Sequence record: ON568341.1
DNA length: 64,000 nucleotides
Strand: one strand, 5' to 3'
The notes beneath the pieces were generated by a model that worked only from the letters and a program-made list of their open reading frames with translations, was not told the origin of the DNA and did not search any database. The translations under genes were made by a program, and so were the position numbers. Positions 38,807 to 47,695 of this stretch are shown here, piece after piece. Each line of letters starts with the position of its first letter. Position 1 is the first letter of the stretch.

Positions 38807-39312
38807 TTTCATTTTTCAAAAAGAAAGAAAAAGTTGATGAAACTGGATTAGAATCGTTTCTATGGACTCTTATCATTAAAAAAAGTCCATTGATGAAAGA
38901 ATATGCTATCAATGATGCTAATAGAAAAACTATCATTGAATACAAATATGAATTATCAAAATGTGATCCAATTGTTTATCACTTTGCGAAGTACTGTTCT
39001 AACAATTTATCGGATATCACTATTGAACACGAGTCAGTACCAATGAGTTTTCCTTATGGTGATTGGGTAGATACTTTTGATATTTTTGATGGTTCAAATG
39101 GTTTCAGTTTCTTTTACTCGTCAAATAAAGCAAATGTTCGTATTAAAACAGAGATAGGTTGGACACAGCATAGCTCAAATAAAGAAGATTATAATTTACT
39201 AGCTGACGTATACCGAAGTGTGAAGAATTCAAAGGATATTGATGAAAGAATTAAAAAGCAAAATCGTATTTCTTTATCACTTGAAACATACAAGTCAAAG
39301 TATGGTGGTTAA
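38803..39312 (+). CDS. Hypothetical protein (family B, copy 3)
   Basis: KSPLMKE...DANRKTIIEYKYELSK. Confidence 0.75.
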   Translation: MISFFKKKEKVDETGLESFLWTLIIKKSPLMKEYAINDANRKTIIEYKYELSKCDPIVYHFAKYCSNNLSDITIEHESVPMSFPYGDWVDTFDIFDGSNGFSFFYSSNKANVRIKTEIGWTQHSSNKEDYNLLADVYRSVKNSKDIDERIKKQNRISLSLETYKSKYGG

Positions 39313-39314
39313 CT

Positions 39315-39716
39315 ATGACTACAGTTGATGATATCTATAGTACTATACGAAATATGAGTACAGATAGAAAAGTATTTGGTGATAAAGAAAAATCTAAGTG
39401 TTATGGTATTGATTCTTTTGATATAATTTCGTATGAGTACAACACGAATGGAAATAGTTCACTGAATATCGTCTGCCCTCGTGACCCAGAAAATAATTTT
39501 ATGTATGTTGAAATTAATAATGATGGGATGTTTTTTACAAAAGTTTTCAAAGGTGGTATTAATTACGAACCTATTGAATGTATGAATGAAGAAACTTTCT
39601 TTCAAGAAGATACAATTATCAATTTAGGTTTTAGTTTTGCGGATTATAAAACATTAGAACATGACTTTAATCGTTATTATAACGGTTTCTTAAAGGAGTT
39701 AACAATTTATCTATGA
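39315..39716 (+). CDS. Hypothetical protein (family C)
   Basis: C-terminal NEETFFQEDTI...Y...Y motif. Confidence 0.7.
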   Translation: MTTVDDIYSTIRNMSTDRKVFGDKEKSKCYGIDSFDIISYEYNTNGNSSLNIVCPRDPENNFMYVEINNDGMFFTKVFKGGINYEPIECMNEETFFQEDTIINLGFSFADYKTLEHDFNRYYNGFLKELTIYL

Positions 39717-40945
39717 ATAACCAATATGTTGAACAAACAATAGTGAAACACTTGGCTGGGTCACAAGCCTACGGAACCAGTACGCCTGAAAGTGATACTG
39801 ATTATCGTGGTATTTTTCTTGCTAATAAAGAATTTATTCTTACGCCATTCTATAAGGTTAAAGAAGTAGCTGATAAAAATGAAGAAGATACCAAATTCTA
39901 TGAGTTAAATCAGTATTTAAAATTATACACTGAAGCCAACCCTAATATTCTGGAATCACTATGGGTTGAACCAGAACACATTGTAGAAAGTACTGAGATT
40001 TATGACTATCTTCGTTCATTTAACCAAAAACTTCTTAGTTCTAAGATTGCATTTTCATATACTGGATATGCATATAATCAGATTAAGCGTATGACAAATC
40101 ATCACGGTTGGATGGATAAAGAGCGAATTGCTGAAAAACGTTTAAATGAGATTTTAGAAGAACACCCTGTCGATGAGGTTCTTGCGTGGATGTATGATTC
40201 ATTCCCACAATATCTTGTTGAACGTTTAGATACATCTAACTTACATCCATTTAATACTAAAAAGATTGATTTTGAAAAATATATGCGTGATACGTCATTG
40301 CAGTTAGTTTCGAAAAATCCATTAAAGCAATATCATTTTGTAAGATTAGTGCATAACTACACTACTGACAAAATTCTAGATCGTGATTTCAATTTATTGA
40401 ATTTTAATAATGGCTATGAACTAATTCATTACGGAGAAAACATTTTTGCGATTATTAAAAATCCAAATGAAAGCACTATCAACGGTGATGGATCATTGCG
40501 TTATTTTTCTAAAGAGCGTAGTACTGAAGAATTGAAAACTAAACCAGAACTAATTGTCAAATTTAACGAAAAAGAATATCAGGAAAATAGTGAGAATAGA
40601 AAAAGTTATCATAAATGGAAAGAAAATCGTAATGCCAAACGTGCTATTTTAGAATCACAACACGGATACGATTGTAAACATGCTATGCACACAATCCGAC
40701 TTTTGAATAGTGCAGAAGAAGCATTACAAAGTGGAATTATTCAAGTTAAACGACCAGATGCACAAATGTTGATGGATATTCGTAATGGTAAATGGAAGTA
40801 TGAAGAAGTCTTAGAATATTTCGATGATAAAGTACAATACATTCGTGATGTTCTATATAAGAAATCAGTACTTCCCAAAAAACCTAACATCAAGTTAGCA
40901 TCGAAAATTATAATTGATATTCGAGAAATGCAATGGTATAAGTAA
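39713..40945 (+). CDS. Pol-beta superfamily nucleotidyltransferase (RlaP/NrdC.11-like)
   Basis: AGSQAYGTSTPESDTDYRGIF, NPNILESLW, GYDCKHAMHTIRLL. Confidence 0.85.
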   Translation: MNNQYVEQTIVKHLAGSQAYGTSTPESDTDYRGIFLANKEFILTPFYKVKEVADKNEEDTKFYELNQYLKLYTEANPNILESLWVEPEHIVESTEIYDYLRSFNQKLLSSKIAFSYTGYAYNQIKRMTNHHGWMDKERIAEKRLNEILEEHPVDEVLAWMYDSFPQYLVERLDTSNLHPFNTKKIDFEKYMRDTSLQLVSKNPLKQYHFVRLVHNYTTDKILDRDFNLLNFNNGYELIHYGENIFAIIKNPNESTINGDGSLRYFSKERSTEELKTKPELIVKFNEKEYQENSENRKSYHKWKENRNAKRAILESQHGYDCKHAMHTIRLLNSAEEALQSGIIQVKRPDAQMLMDIRNGKWKYEEVLEYFDDKVQYIRDVLYKKSVLPKKPNIKLASKIIIDIREMQWYK

Positions 40946-41007
40946 TATATGGGTGTAATAGTTATAAAAATTCCATTACACACCAAATCACTTCAGTGAT
41001 TTATAAC

Positions 41008-41035
41008 TTGACATTGAAAAATAATTATGTATAAT
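41008..41035 (+). promoter_or_regulatory. Sigma70 promoter
   Basis: TTGACA-16-TATAAT. Confidence 0.8.
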
Positions 41036-41079
41036 TAGAGAACTTCATATGGAGTTCTCTTTTTTATAAGGGTGATAAA

Positions 41080-41481
41080 ATGTTAAATGAACGTATTAAA
41101 AATGCACTATATGTATTGAACCAAGAAGTTAATTCTATTCATAAAAGTACTGAGCGATATAAAGTATTACATGAAATTAGACAAGAATTGGAATCCATTA
41201 ATAAGGGAAAATGGGTTCTTGAACGCGAACGAACTATTGTTGAAAAAGCAATTGCAAAATTCATCTCGGAACGTTATGGTAAAATTTCAGAGGAAGATGT
41301 ACTAATGAACTTACATCTTTCACAAACGGAAGTGATGGAGAAATTTCATTTTGATTCATTAGACTGGTTAGAAATGATCATGGAATTGGAAGAAGAATTC
41401 AATGTAGAAGTAGATTTATATTATGAAAAACAAGAAACCAAACTATATGAACTAGCAGAACACATTAAACTAATGATGTAA
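41080..41481 (+). CDS. Acyl carrier protein homologue with N-terminal extension
   Basis: FDSLDWLEMIMELEEEFNVEV closely parallels the ACP motif [20 protein letters not shown]. Confidence 0.8.
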   Translation: MLNERIKNALYVLNQEVNSIHKSTERYKVLHEIRQELESINKGKWVLERERTIVEKAIAKFISERYGKISEEDVLMNLHLSQTEVMEKFHFDSLDWLEMIMELEEEFNVEVDLYYEKQETKLYELAEHIKLMM

Positions 41482-41500
41482 ACATATACCATTATATACT

Positions 41501-41507
41501 CTAAATA
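41501..41507 (+). promoter_or_regulatory. Late promoter variant CTAAATA
   Basis: Upstream of the spanins; the same variant precedes the Dps-like and neck genes. Confidence 0.55.
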
Positions 41508-41534
41508 ATATCATCAACCACAGGAGATATTATT

Positions 41535-41909
41535 ATGAGTATACTAGAAATAATAGTTTCAAACATTCTTATTCCATATTGGAAACCAATTTCTTTTGCA
41601 TTATTAATTAGTGGTTCAGCAATTGCGGGTTGGAAAGCTAATACTTATTATACTGGTTATCAAGAAAGTATAGAGCAACAAATAGCCAAAAAAGTTGATA
41701 TAGCACTTGATAAAATGCAACAAGAAAATACAAAAAGCTATCTTGAAACAAAAAAAATTATGGAAGATAATACAAAAGTCATTGAAACAAAGGTTCCTTA
41801 TATAGTAGAACGTGAAGTTTATAAAAATGTTTGTTTAGATGAAGATGGTGTGAAAGTACTGAATGAACTTAAACAAAATTCTAAAGCGGCAAGGAATAAA
41901 TTCAAATGA
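41535..41909 (+). CDS. Inner-membrane spanin (Rz-like)
   Basis: N-terminal transmembrane helix, coiled coil, C-terminal VYKNVCLDEDG; overlaps a lipoprotein gene. Confidence 0.75.
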   Translation: MSILEIIVSNILIPYWKPISFALLISGSAIAGWKANTYYTGYQESIEQQIAKKVDIALDKMQQENTKSYLETKKIMEDNTKVIETKVPYIVEREVYKNVCLDEDGVKVLNELKQNSKAARNKFK

Positions 41910-42214
41910 AAAAAATGTTAGTACCGTTTATTTCTTTTTTAATTATAAGTGGATGTGCAGAACAAGTAAAAGTACAATCCCCTGCACCAATTAAACAAGA
42001 AATTCTGTTAGAAAGATGTGATGATGACACACCACTACCACAAAAAATTATGATTGACCAAAACGGATTTAAAGGGTATAGTGGGAGTGAAATTCTCAAA
42101 GTTCTTACCCGTTGGGATGCAATCTATAACGAATGTGCATTGAAACATGATGCATTGATCAAAACCATTCGTGATTTACAAGGTAAAGATATTAAAATAA
42201 ATATCAAGGATTAA
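41906..42214 (+). CDS. Outer-membrane spanin lipoprotein (Rz1-like)
   Basis: MKKMLVPFISFLIISGC lipobox, Pro-rich segment, C..KHDALI. Confidence 0.75.
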   Translation: MKKMLVPFISFLIISGCAEQVKVQSPAPIKQEILLERCDDDTPLPQKIMIDQNGFKGYSGSEILKVLTRWDAIYNECALKHDALIKTIRDLQGKDIKINIKD

Positions 42215-42215
42215 A

Positions 42216-42827
42216 ATGAACAAATATCATGTTTATTATACAACAAAGTTATCCCTTCTTGATGAATTAAATCACCGAAGTACTAAGATGAAACGTTATA
42301 CTTTAAATGGTATTACTTTTCGATATTTCCCACAAAAAGTCCTTACTTTTGTCAAGAATCCAAAATGCGTGGCATGTGGGATTGAAGCCACTGAAGTACG
42401 CATTGAACGTACATTTAGTTCTGATCCAGTTTATGGTAAACCACATTTAAATGTATATGCGGTATGTGGTCTTTATGAAGTGTTGATGACAGTTGATCAC
42501 AACCATCTGGCATCGAAGGGTGGTTGTGATTTAGAGTCAAACTTTAATACTATGTGCTCCAAATGCAATCAACTACGTTCTAATAAAACCGAAACAGTTG
42601 ATGAGTTTCTTGAGAAAGTTAAAGATCGTAATCTTCTCCAAGAACATATGAATAAATTCTTTAACGTACAAAAAAAGAAAAATAACATTGACAAGTCGAA
42701 ACTACTAGAAGAACGTAGGTTACGTCAAGAATTATGGGAAACAGACCATCTATGGCATGTTCGAGAATTTGGTCGTCATATGAAAGCTTTGAAAAAAGAA
42801 CAGAAGAAATTGAATAAACATGATTGA
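42216..42827 (+). CDS. HNH endonuclease
   Basis: CVACG...TVDH....SKGG....N...MCSKCN. Confidence 0.8.
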   Translation: MNKYHVYYTTKLSLLDELNHRSTKMKRYTLNGITFRYFPQKVLTFVKNPKCVACGIEATEVRIERTFSSDPVYGKPHLNVYAVCGLYEVLMTVDHNHLASKGGCDLESNFNTMCSKCNQLRSNKTETVDEFLEKVKDRNLLQEHMNKFFNVQKKKNNIDKSKLLEERRLRQELWETDHLWHVREFGRHMKALKKEQKKLNKHD

Positions 42828-42839
42828 TATGATATTATA

Positions 42840-42868
42840 GGGACTTGAGTATTCAAGTCCTTTTTTTT
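42840..42868 (+). terminator. Rho-independent terminator
   Basis: ggacttga/tcaagtcc stem and T8. Confidence 0.85.
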
Positions 42869-42879
42869 GGAGAAGATAA

Positions 42880-43236
42880 ATGAAATCTAAAATATTTTTA
42901 CCACAATTAATGTGGCATCTGGCAGAGTTAGATGAAGATGATGAATATACTGACTATGGTGCATGGGATGACAGTACTGAAACTTTTAAATCAGATGTAA
43001 AATATAAAATCATCTGCAATGAAAGCAAAGGGCACAGAAGGTGGACTGAAGAATTTGATCTCGTATTTCTTGACATGAGTACAAATAAGTTTTATCATTG
43101 TACTTATGAACGAGGTTTAACAGAAGATAGACCAGTACAACCATTCAGTAATGAAACGGATGGTGTTAAGTGCAATGAAGTTTCTGTAACCAGAGAAGAA
43201 ATTATTACTTATCGAACTTTGTGGAAATATTTGTAA
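42880..43236 (+). CDS. Hypothetical protein
   Basis: GGAG RBS. Confidence 0.7.
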   Translation: MKSKIFLPQLMWHLAELDEDDEYTDYGAWDDSTETFKSDVKYKIICNESKGHRRWTEEFDLVFLDMSTNKFYHCTYERGLTEDRPVQPFSNETDGVKCNEVSVTREEIITYRTLWKYL

Positions 43237-43237
43237 A

Positions 43238-43636
43238 ATGCTTAAAGAATTAGATTTTTCAAACTTAGAAATTATCAGTGCTGTAAAAAACATTTCCGAT
43301 ATGGGTGATGAGAAAGCAGTTCTTGTTACTATTACTTTTGTAAAAGAAAAAGATAGCTATAGCCATTTAACGGGTATTGAAGAACTAATTCATAAAACCA
43401 ATCTTGAGAATGATGGTAAACTCATCAAGCTTCAGGCTTCCTATACGCAAAAAACGTCAAATTTTATAGACCTAAATAATGTAGTCAAGGTGGTATACAA
43501 TCATCCTGAACACACATATAGGAATACGTCAAGAAATGAAAATGTTGCTAACGATTCGAATATTATCGAAGATGTTGAATTCATAAACACAATTTTTGAT
43601 CGTTGTTCTAAGGATTTAAAAAAAGTATACATGTAA
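43238..43636 (+). CDS. Hypothetical protein
   Basis: Abuts the upstream stop codon. Confidence 0.65.
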   Translation: MLKELDFSNLEIISAVKNISDMGDEKAVLVTITFVKEKDSYSHLTGIEELIHKTNLENDGKLIKLQASYTQKTSNFIDLNNVVKVVYNHPEHTYRNTSRNENVANDSNIIEDVEFINTIFDRCSKDLKKVYM

Positions 43637-43637
43637 T

Positions 43638-43665
43638 GGGACATTATATGTTCCAATGATATAAT
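43638..43665 (+). promoter_or_regulatory. Extended -10 promoter overlapping a hairpin
   Basis: GGGACA-16-TATAAT with TG at 43657-43658. Confidence 0.65.
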
Positions 43666-43941
43666 GTATATAGAAAATGACAACGGACATTGAAAAATGG
43701 ACACTGAGAACCTACTTCTCTTGAAAATGTAAAGGATAGATGAGCTTTACCGTTGTAGCGAACAGCAGAAGAAACCTGTTAGAGTACTGGCATTCAAACA
43801 AACACGATATAAGACCACGAATCACGGCGACACGGCTGTATAAAGAACTCCGATAAGCATACAGAGAGTTCCTAGATAGATGTATAAGGTTCGCACCTTA
43901 CCAGATTTGCTAAGGGAGTTCAAGAATTGCGGACGCATTTT

Positions 43942-44123
43942 TACAAGAAAGTTGCGTCCAAAATTTGAGAACAAGTACTACTTTGATCGAATAGAGTTAG
44001 TACTGAGTGCTGTTGATGAAAAGACCAGCGACCGTTGCATATGACTGCGATAGAGAGAAACCGAGCAACCCGCTTTCGCTCTCTAATTTTTGGTACAAGA
44101 AAGATCCGTCCAAAATTTGAGAA
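43942..44123 (+). repeat. 30-nt direct repeat pair (28/30 identical)
   Basis: tacaagaaagttgcgtccaaaatttgagaa (43942-43971) and tacaagaaagatccgtccaaaatttgagaa (44094-44123). Confidence 0.9.
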
Positions 44124-44160
44124 ATTCGCAATTCGATAATATCCGATGCCATCATCGTCA

Positions 44161-44185
44161 AGAGAGACTTAATTGTCTCTTTTTT
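44161..44185 (+). terminator. Rho-independent terminator
   Basis: agagac-ttaatt-gtctct followed by a T-run. Confidence 0.7.
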
Positions 44186-44325
44186 ATTACCTTCATTCCC
44201 CTGCGGGGGGATGTAATAGTCCTCAACAAATCCCGTCAAGTTTTTAAAGTACATTATCATTTTTAGAAGGAACTAGTTTACGAAGTAAACGCAGTGACTT
44301 CTTGAGTTACGAGAGAACGAAGTGA

Positions 44326-44754
44326 ATGAGTAACACAACGAAAATATCCGATAAATCTGAATTAACACAAATGTTATTCAAAGAATATTTTGAGTTTCAG
44401 ATAAAAGACGAACATCAATTACCACAGCAATATTTGAAAAGAATTAAAGATCCGTCAATAATTACTAAAGAAACAAATTTTTATAATAGTATTTTTGATT
44501 TCGTTAAATCAGTTCATACAACAAGACCTATTGTAGTTTTGTTTTTTGATAAATCTATTCCTTTAGTAGTTCCTGAAAATGTATTTTTTATTTCAGAAAC
44601 TGATTTAAATAACCAAAGTACTGTAAGTAGATTAAGAAATTGCTTACTTGTAGTATGTGATTCTTCATTATATAATAACAGAATACTATGGGATAGAAGT
44701 AAACGCAATGCAATTGCAGAAATGAATCCTGAAGTTACATTTATTATTAACTAA
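44326..44754 (+). CDS. Hypothetical protein
   Basis: 142-aa ORF. Confidence 0.65.
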   Translation: MSNTTKISDKSELTQMLFKEYFEFQIKDEHQLPQQYLKRIKDPSIITKETNFYNSIFDFVKSVHTTRPIVVLFFDKSIPLVVPENVFFISETDLNNQSTVSRLRNCLLVVCDSSLYNNRILWDRSKRNAIAEMNPEVTFIIN

Positions 44755-44757
44755 ATA
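44751..44757 (+). promoter_or_regulatory. Late promoter variant CTAAATA
   Basis: 29 nt upstream of the Dps-like gene. Confidence 0.45.
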
Positions 44758-44785
44758 CCATATAATAACTCTAAGGAGAGATTTT

Positions 44786-45226
44786 ATGGAAAATATTGAA
44801 AATTTAAGACATGTTATGGATTTTATCATTGATACTGAAGAAGATAATGCTTATGATGAAATCTTACTAACTTTTATTGAAAATAGTTTGTTTTTAAGTT
44901 CTGCTGCACATAGCTGGCATTTACAAAGCCGTTTCTACACAAAGCATCTTCAATTGGATGAACTATACAAAGAGTTACCAGAGTACGTTGATGCATTTGT
45001 TGAGGGTATAATGAATACTCGTGGGGCATTACAGGTAGGTACTGGTAACAGTTATCGATTTACCCACATTGAGGATTGTGTTCCAATTCTTGAAGAGTAT
45101 TCTAGCCAATGTAAAGCAATTCATGCTATGCTCGAAGAGGCAGAAGACTATGGCAGTACTAACACACTAGAAGATATTATGAGTTTTGTTGATGGTGTGC
45201 TTTACAAACTTAAAGTTTTACAATAA
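44786..45226 (+). CDS. Dps/ferritin-like protein
   Basis: AHSWHLQS.FYTKHLQLDELY..L....DAFVE ferroxidase-centre pattern. Confidence 0.75.
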   Translation: MENIENLRHVMDFIIDTEEDNAYDEILLTFIENSLFLSSAAHSWHLQSRFYTKHLQLDELYKELPEYVDAFVEGIMNTRGALQVGTGNSYRFTHIEDCVPILEEYSSQCKAIHAMLEEAEDYGSTNTLEDIMSFVDGVLYKLKVLQ

Positions 45227-45233
45227 ACTATAT

Positions 45234-45262
45234 GGAGAGTCATAGTGACTCTCCTTTTCTTT
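45234..45262 (+). terminator. Rho-independent terminator
   Basis: ggagagtca/tgactctcc stem. Confidence 0.8.
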
Positions 45263-45272
45263 TGGAGAATAT

Positions 45273-45626
45273 ATGAGTGACTACCGAGTAACATCTGGAC
45301 TAATGGCACGTCTTACTGAAGCAGTTCCTGAAGATGATTATGAAGCTATTTCAGATCGTCTTTTTGACGCAGATTCTAAACTCCATATTACATATGATGG
45401 TGCATTGATTTACAGTACTGATATTGATATCCCTAGCTATGAATTTGAGATTTCTTTTGGTAGTAAATTAACCACTGAAGAATTCGCTCGAAAATGTGAG
45501 CGTGAAGGGTTGTGTATTGATATTAGTTCAGTTCAGCCATATACATCACTGTGGTATGATGGTGCTGATAGTCCAATGTCTACTACATCTTTAAAGGATT
45601 TTCTAAATGCAAATCAAAAAGATTAA
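45273..45626 (+). CDS. Hypothetical protein
   Basis: GGAG RBS. Confidence 0.7.
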   Translation: MSDYRVTSGLMARLTEAVPEDDYEAISDRLFDADSKLHITYDGALIYSTDIDIPSYEFEISFGSKLTTEEFARKCEREGLCIDISSVQPYTSLWYDGADSPMSTTSLKDFLNANQKD

Positions 45627-45999
45627 ATTCCACCAGCATTGTTCTATACATGAATGTGATGATTGTGGTATGAACATGAGTAACATTTATACAGTTTCCT
45701 GTAAAGGATTTAAATTCACTCACGGTGAACCTGCTTATTGTTATGGCACAGAAGAAGGTGATATCGAGGTAGTTCTGAAAGAATTATTCCAATACTTGCA
45801 AAGTACTGGACATGATGTTACAATGCCCACATATTACGAAGATGATTATGACTCACATATAGAAGAAAATACATATTATAATCAATTCGTTCATGGTAAT
45901 GGTTTTATCACATACCTTCATGAGAATGGCATTGAGGTAAAAACTAAGTACACTAGTGATGATTATGAAGGTGATGACTCTATGGAGATTGAAGATTGA
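45607..45999 (+). CDS. Hypothetical acidic protein
   Basis: Coupled ORF, CDDC motif. Confidence 0.7.
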   Translation: MQIKKIKFHQHCSIHECDDCGMNMSNIYTVSCKGFKFTHGEPAYCYGTEEGDIEVVLKELFQYLQSTGHDVTMPTYYEDDYDSHIEENTYYNQFVHGNGFITYLHENGIEVKTKYTSDDYEGDDSMEIED

Positions 46000-46577
46000 A
46001 AGCAAAAGACTTAGCAGCACTGTTGATGCAGAATCCTGAAATGGAAGTGTATCATGAGCACATGCATATTAATGATATGTGTGAATCGTACTATTCACCA
46101 GAAAATGTGTCTGGAATTGAAATCACACCAAGTGGTGTATTCATCAGTACTGAATATATTGATTTCGATGACCGTCAAGAAATCAAAACTCCACACAATA
46201 AGCCCAGAATCGGAACTATCGATCTGGTATTCCATCAGGAACGTTTAGTTGAGTACGATGAAGACGATGGTTCTATGGTAACTGATGTTGAAAATGTCGT
46301 TTTTCCTTTTTATAACGCATATGAAGACCCAACTACTGGAGAAGATTTCTTCCGTGAGCTATTCGAGGATGGTCAAGTTTATGGTCAGGATGGTACTGTT
46401 TTTGTACTGGACCCTAACTATGTGCCAGATCACAATACATGGCAATTCTATACACCACAAGATGTAATGGAAGTTAAAGTACTTACGGACATTGACGAAA
46501 AATGGAATCCGGTATATACTACAATGACATATGAAGAGGCTAAAAAATACTTCATTTCTAAATTAAACATTACATAA
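45996..46577 (+). CDS. Hypothetical acidic protein
   Basis: TTG start overlapping the upstream stop. Confidence 0.7.
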   Translation: MKAKDLAALLMQNPEMEVYHEHMHINDMCESYYSPENVSGIEITPSGVFISTEYIDFDDRQEIKTPHNKPRIGTIDLVFHQERLVEYDEDDGSMVTDVENVVFPFYNAYEDPTTGEDFFRELFEDGQVYGQDGTVFVLDPNYVPDHNTWQFYTPQDVMEVKVLTDIDEKWNPVYTTMTYEEAKKYFISKLNIT

Positions 46578-46597
46578 TAGTAAGGATTCATAAATTT

Positions 46598-46879
46598 ATG
46601 AAAATTGTTGCAAGTGCATGGATGAAACTGACAGATGGTACAACTGCTTTTGAAGATTATGGTTTTGTTGAAAGTGTTGATGATTTAAAGCGTTTTAAAC
46701 GTGATAACAGTGATAATGTATTTGAAATTGTATTTACATATCATCACATTTCAAACGATACTGATTATGAACATTATTACTATCATCCTGAGTTATTGGA
46801 AATCCTTGTATGTGATAATCATCATGAAATTGATGAAAATACAGCTTTGATTATGTTGAGTACCGTATCTCCGGTATAA
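46598..46879 (+). CDS. Hypothetical protein
   Basis: AAGGA RBS. Confidence 0.65.
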   Translation: MKIVASAWMKLTDGTTAFEDYGFVESVDDLKRFKRDNSDNVFEIVFTYHHISNDTDYEHYYYHPELLEILVCDNHHEIDENTALIMLSTVSPV

Positions 46880-46887
46880 GGAGTAAT

Positions 46888-47367
46888 ATGTATAATCTTA
46901 TAATTATCCGAGAGCCACATTATAGTGGTGATGAATCAGTAGAGGGTGAGGTTTTAGTATATCAAAGTTATGAATACAGTGGGATTGAAACTGAATTAAT
47001 GGTTTATTTACGTGAGCATTTGTATCTGTATCGCACAGAACCCCATAAACAGTATGGGGATATAATGTTTATCGTAACGCATAATGGTACAGTTATTGAA
47101 CATGTTAATATGACAAATAACATGGATTTTCATAATTACACACAACCTACTAAACCCATAAGTAATAAATTCATTGATGTTTATAATGAATTACGTAAGA
47201 ATGTTTCCAAAAATGATGCATTCTGTACTAATATTAGGATAGAAGAAAGTAAAACAAAAAGGAATCTTATTAAAAAGTATGAGGAAGAACGTAAAAAAGA
47301 TCAGGAGATTAAACGTTTACATGAGTTAATGAAGAAATATCCAGATGAGGTTAAAAGTGGCACTTAG
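46888..47367 (+). CDS. Hypothetical protein
   Basis: AAGGAG RBS. Confidence 0.7.
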   Translation: MYNLIIIREPHYSGDESVEGEVLVYQSYEYSGIETELMVYLREHLYLYRTEPHKQYGDIMFIVTHNGTVIEHVNMTNNMDFHNYTQPTKPISNKFIDVYNELRKNVSKNDAFCTNIRIEESKTKRNLIKKYEEERKKDQEIKRLHELMKKYPDEVKSGT

Positions 47368-47695
47368 AGGTTCAACTCAATATAAATGCATTACTGAGAT
47401 CAGGAAGAAAGACGGAACACTAATTGACAGGCAATTAAAACAGGAGTATAAAGACCTAATAGATGTTCTACGAAATGAAAGTTTTGGTGGTAAGCGTAGA
47501 CAGAAGATTTATGAATTCATGAAGAATGGTTTGGAAATTCAAGTTAATGGTATTCATTGTACACAAACCAAAAATGATCCAGATATTTTACGTCTTTTAA
47601 AAGAGGGTAAAATAGAAATGTTTAATGTCCCTATTTCATCCTACGGCAATAGACTAAAATGTAAGCACACATACTTAAGGATGAAAAATGGGTAA
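47345..47695 (+). CDS. Hypothetical basic protein
   Basis: Coupled; QTKNDPDI..LLK.GK. Confidence 0.65.
   Translation: MRLKVALRGSTQYKCITEIRKKDGTLIDRQLKQEYKDLIDVLRNESFGGKRRQKIYEFMKNGLEIQVNGIHCTQTKNDPDILRLLKEGKIEMFNVPISSYGNRLKCKHTYLRMKNG

Larger units (their letters stand above)
43670..44185 (+). ncRNA. Candidate structured RNA of about 515 nt, or small-ORF cassette
   Basis: Bounded by a promoter and a terminator; no + strand ORF of 60 aa or more; about 45% GC in sampled lines; multiple hairpins; 30-nt direct repeat. Confidence 0.45.

Noticed and set aside
43997-44260. 87-aa - strand ORF across the candidate ncRNA
   Set aside because: No convincing RBS, no recognisable motif, and it opposes a promoter-terminator unit on the + strand. 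It is not excluded, but it is less supported than the + strand models.
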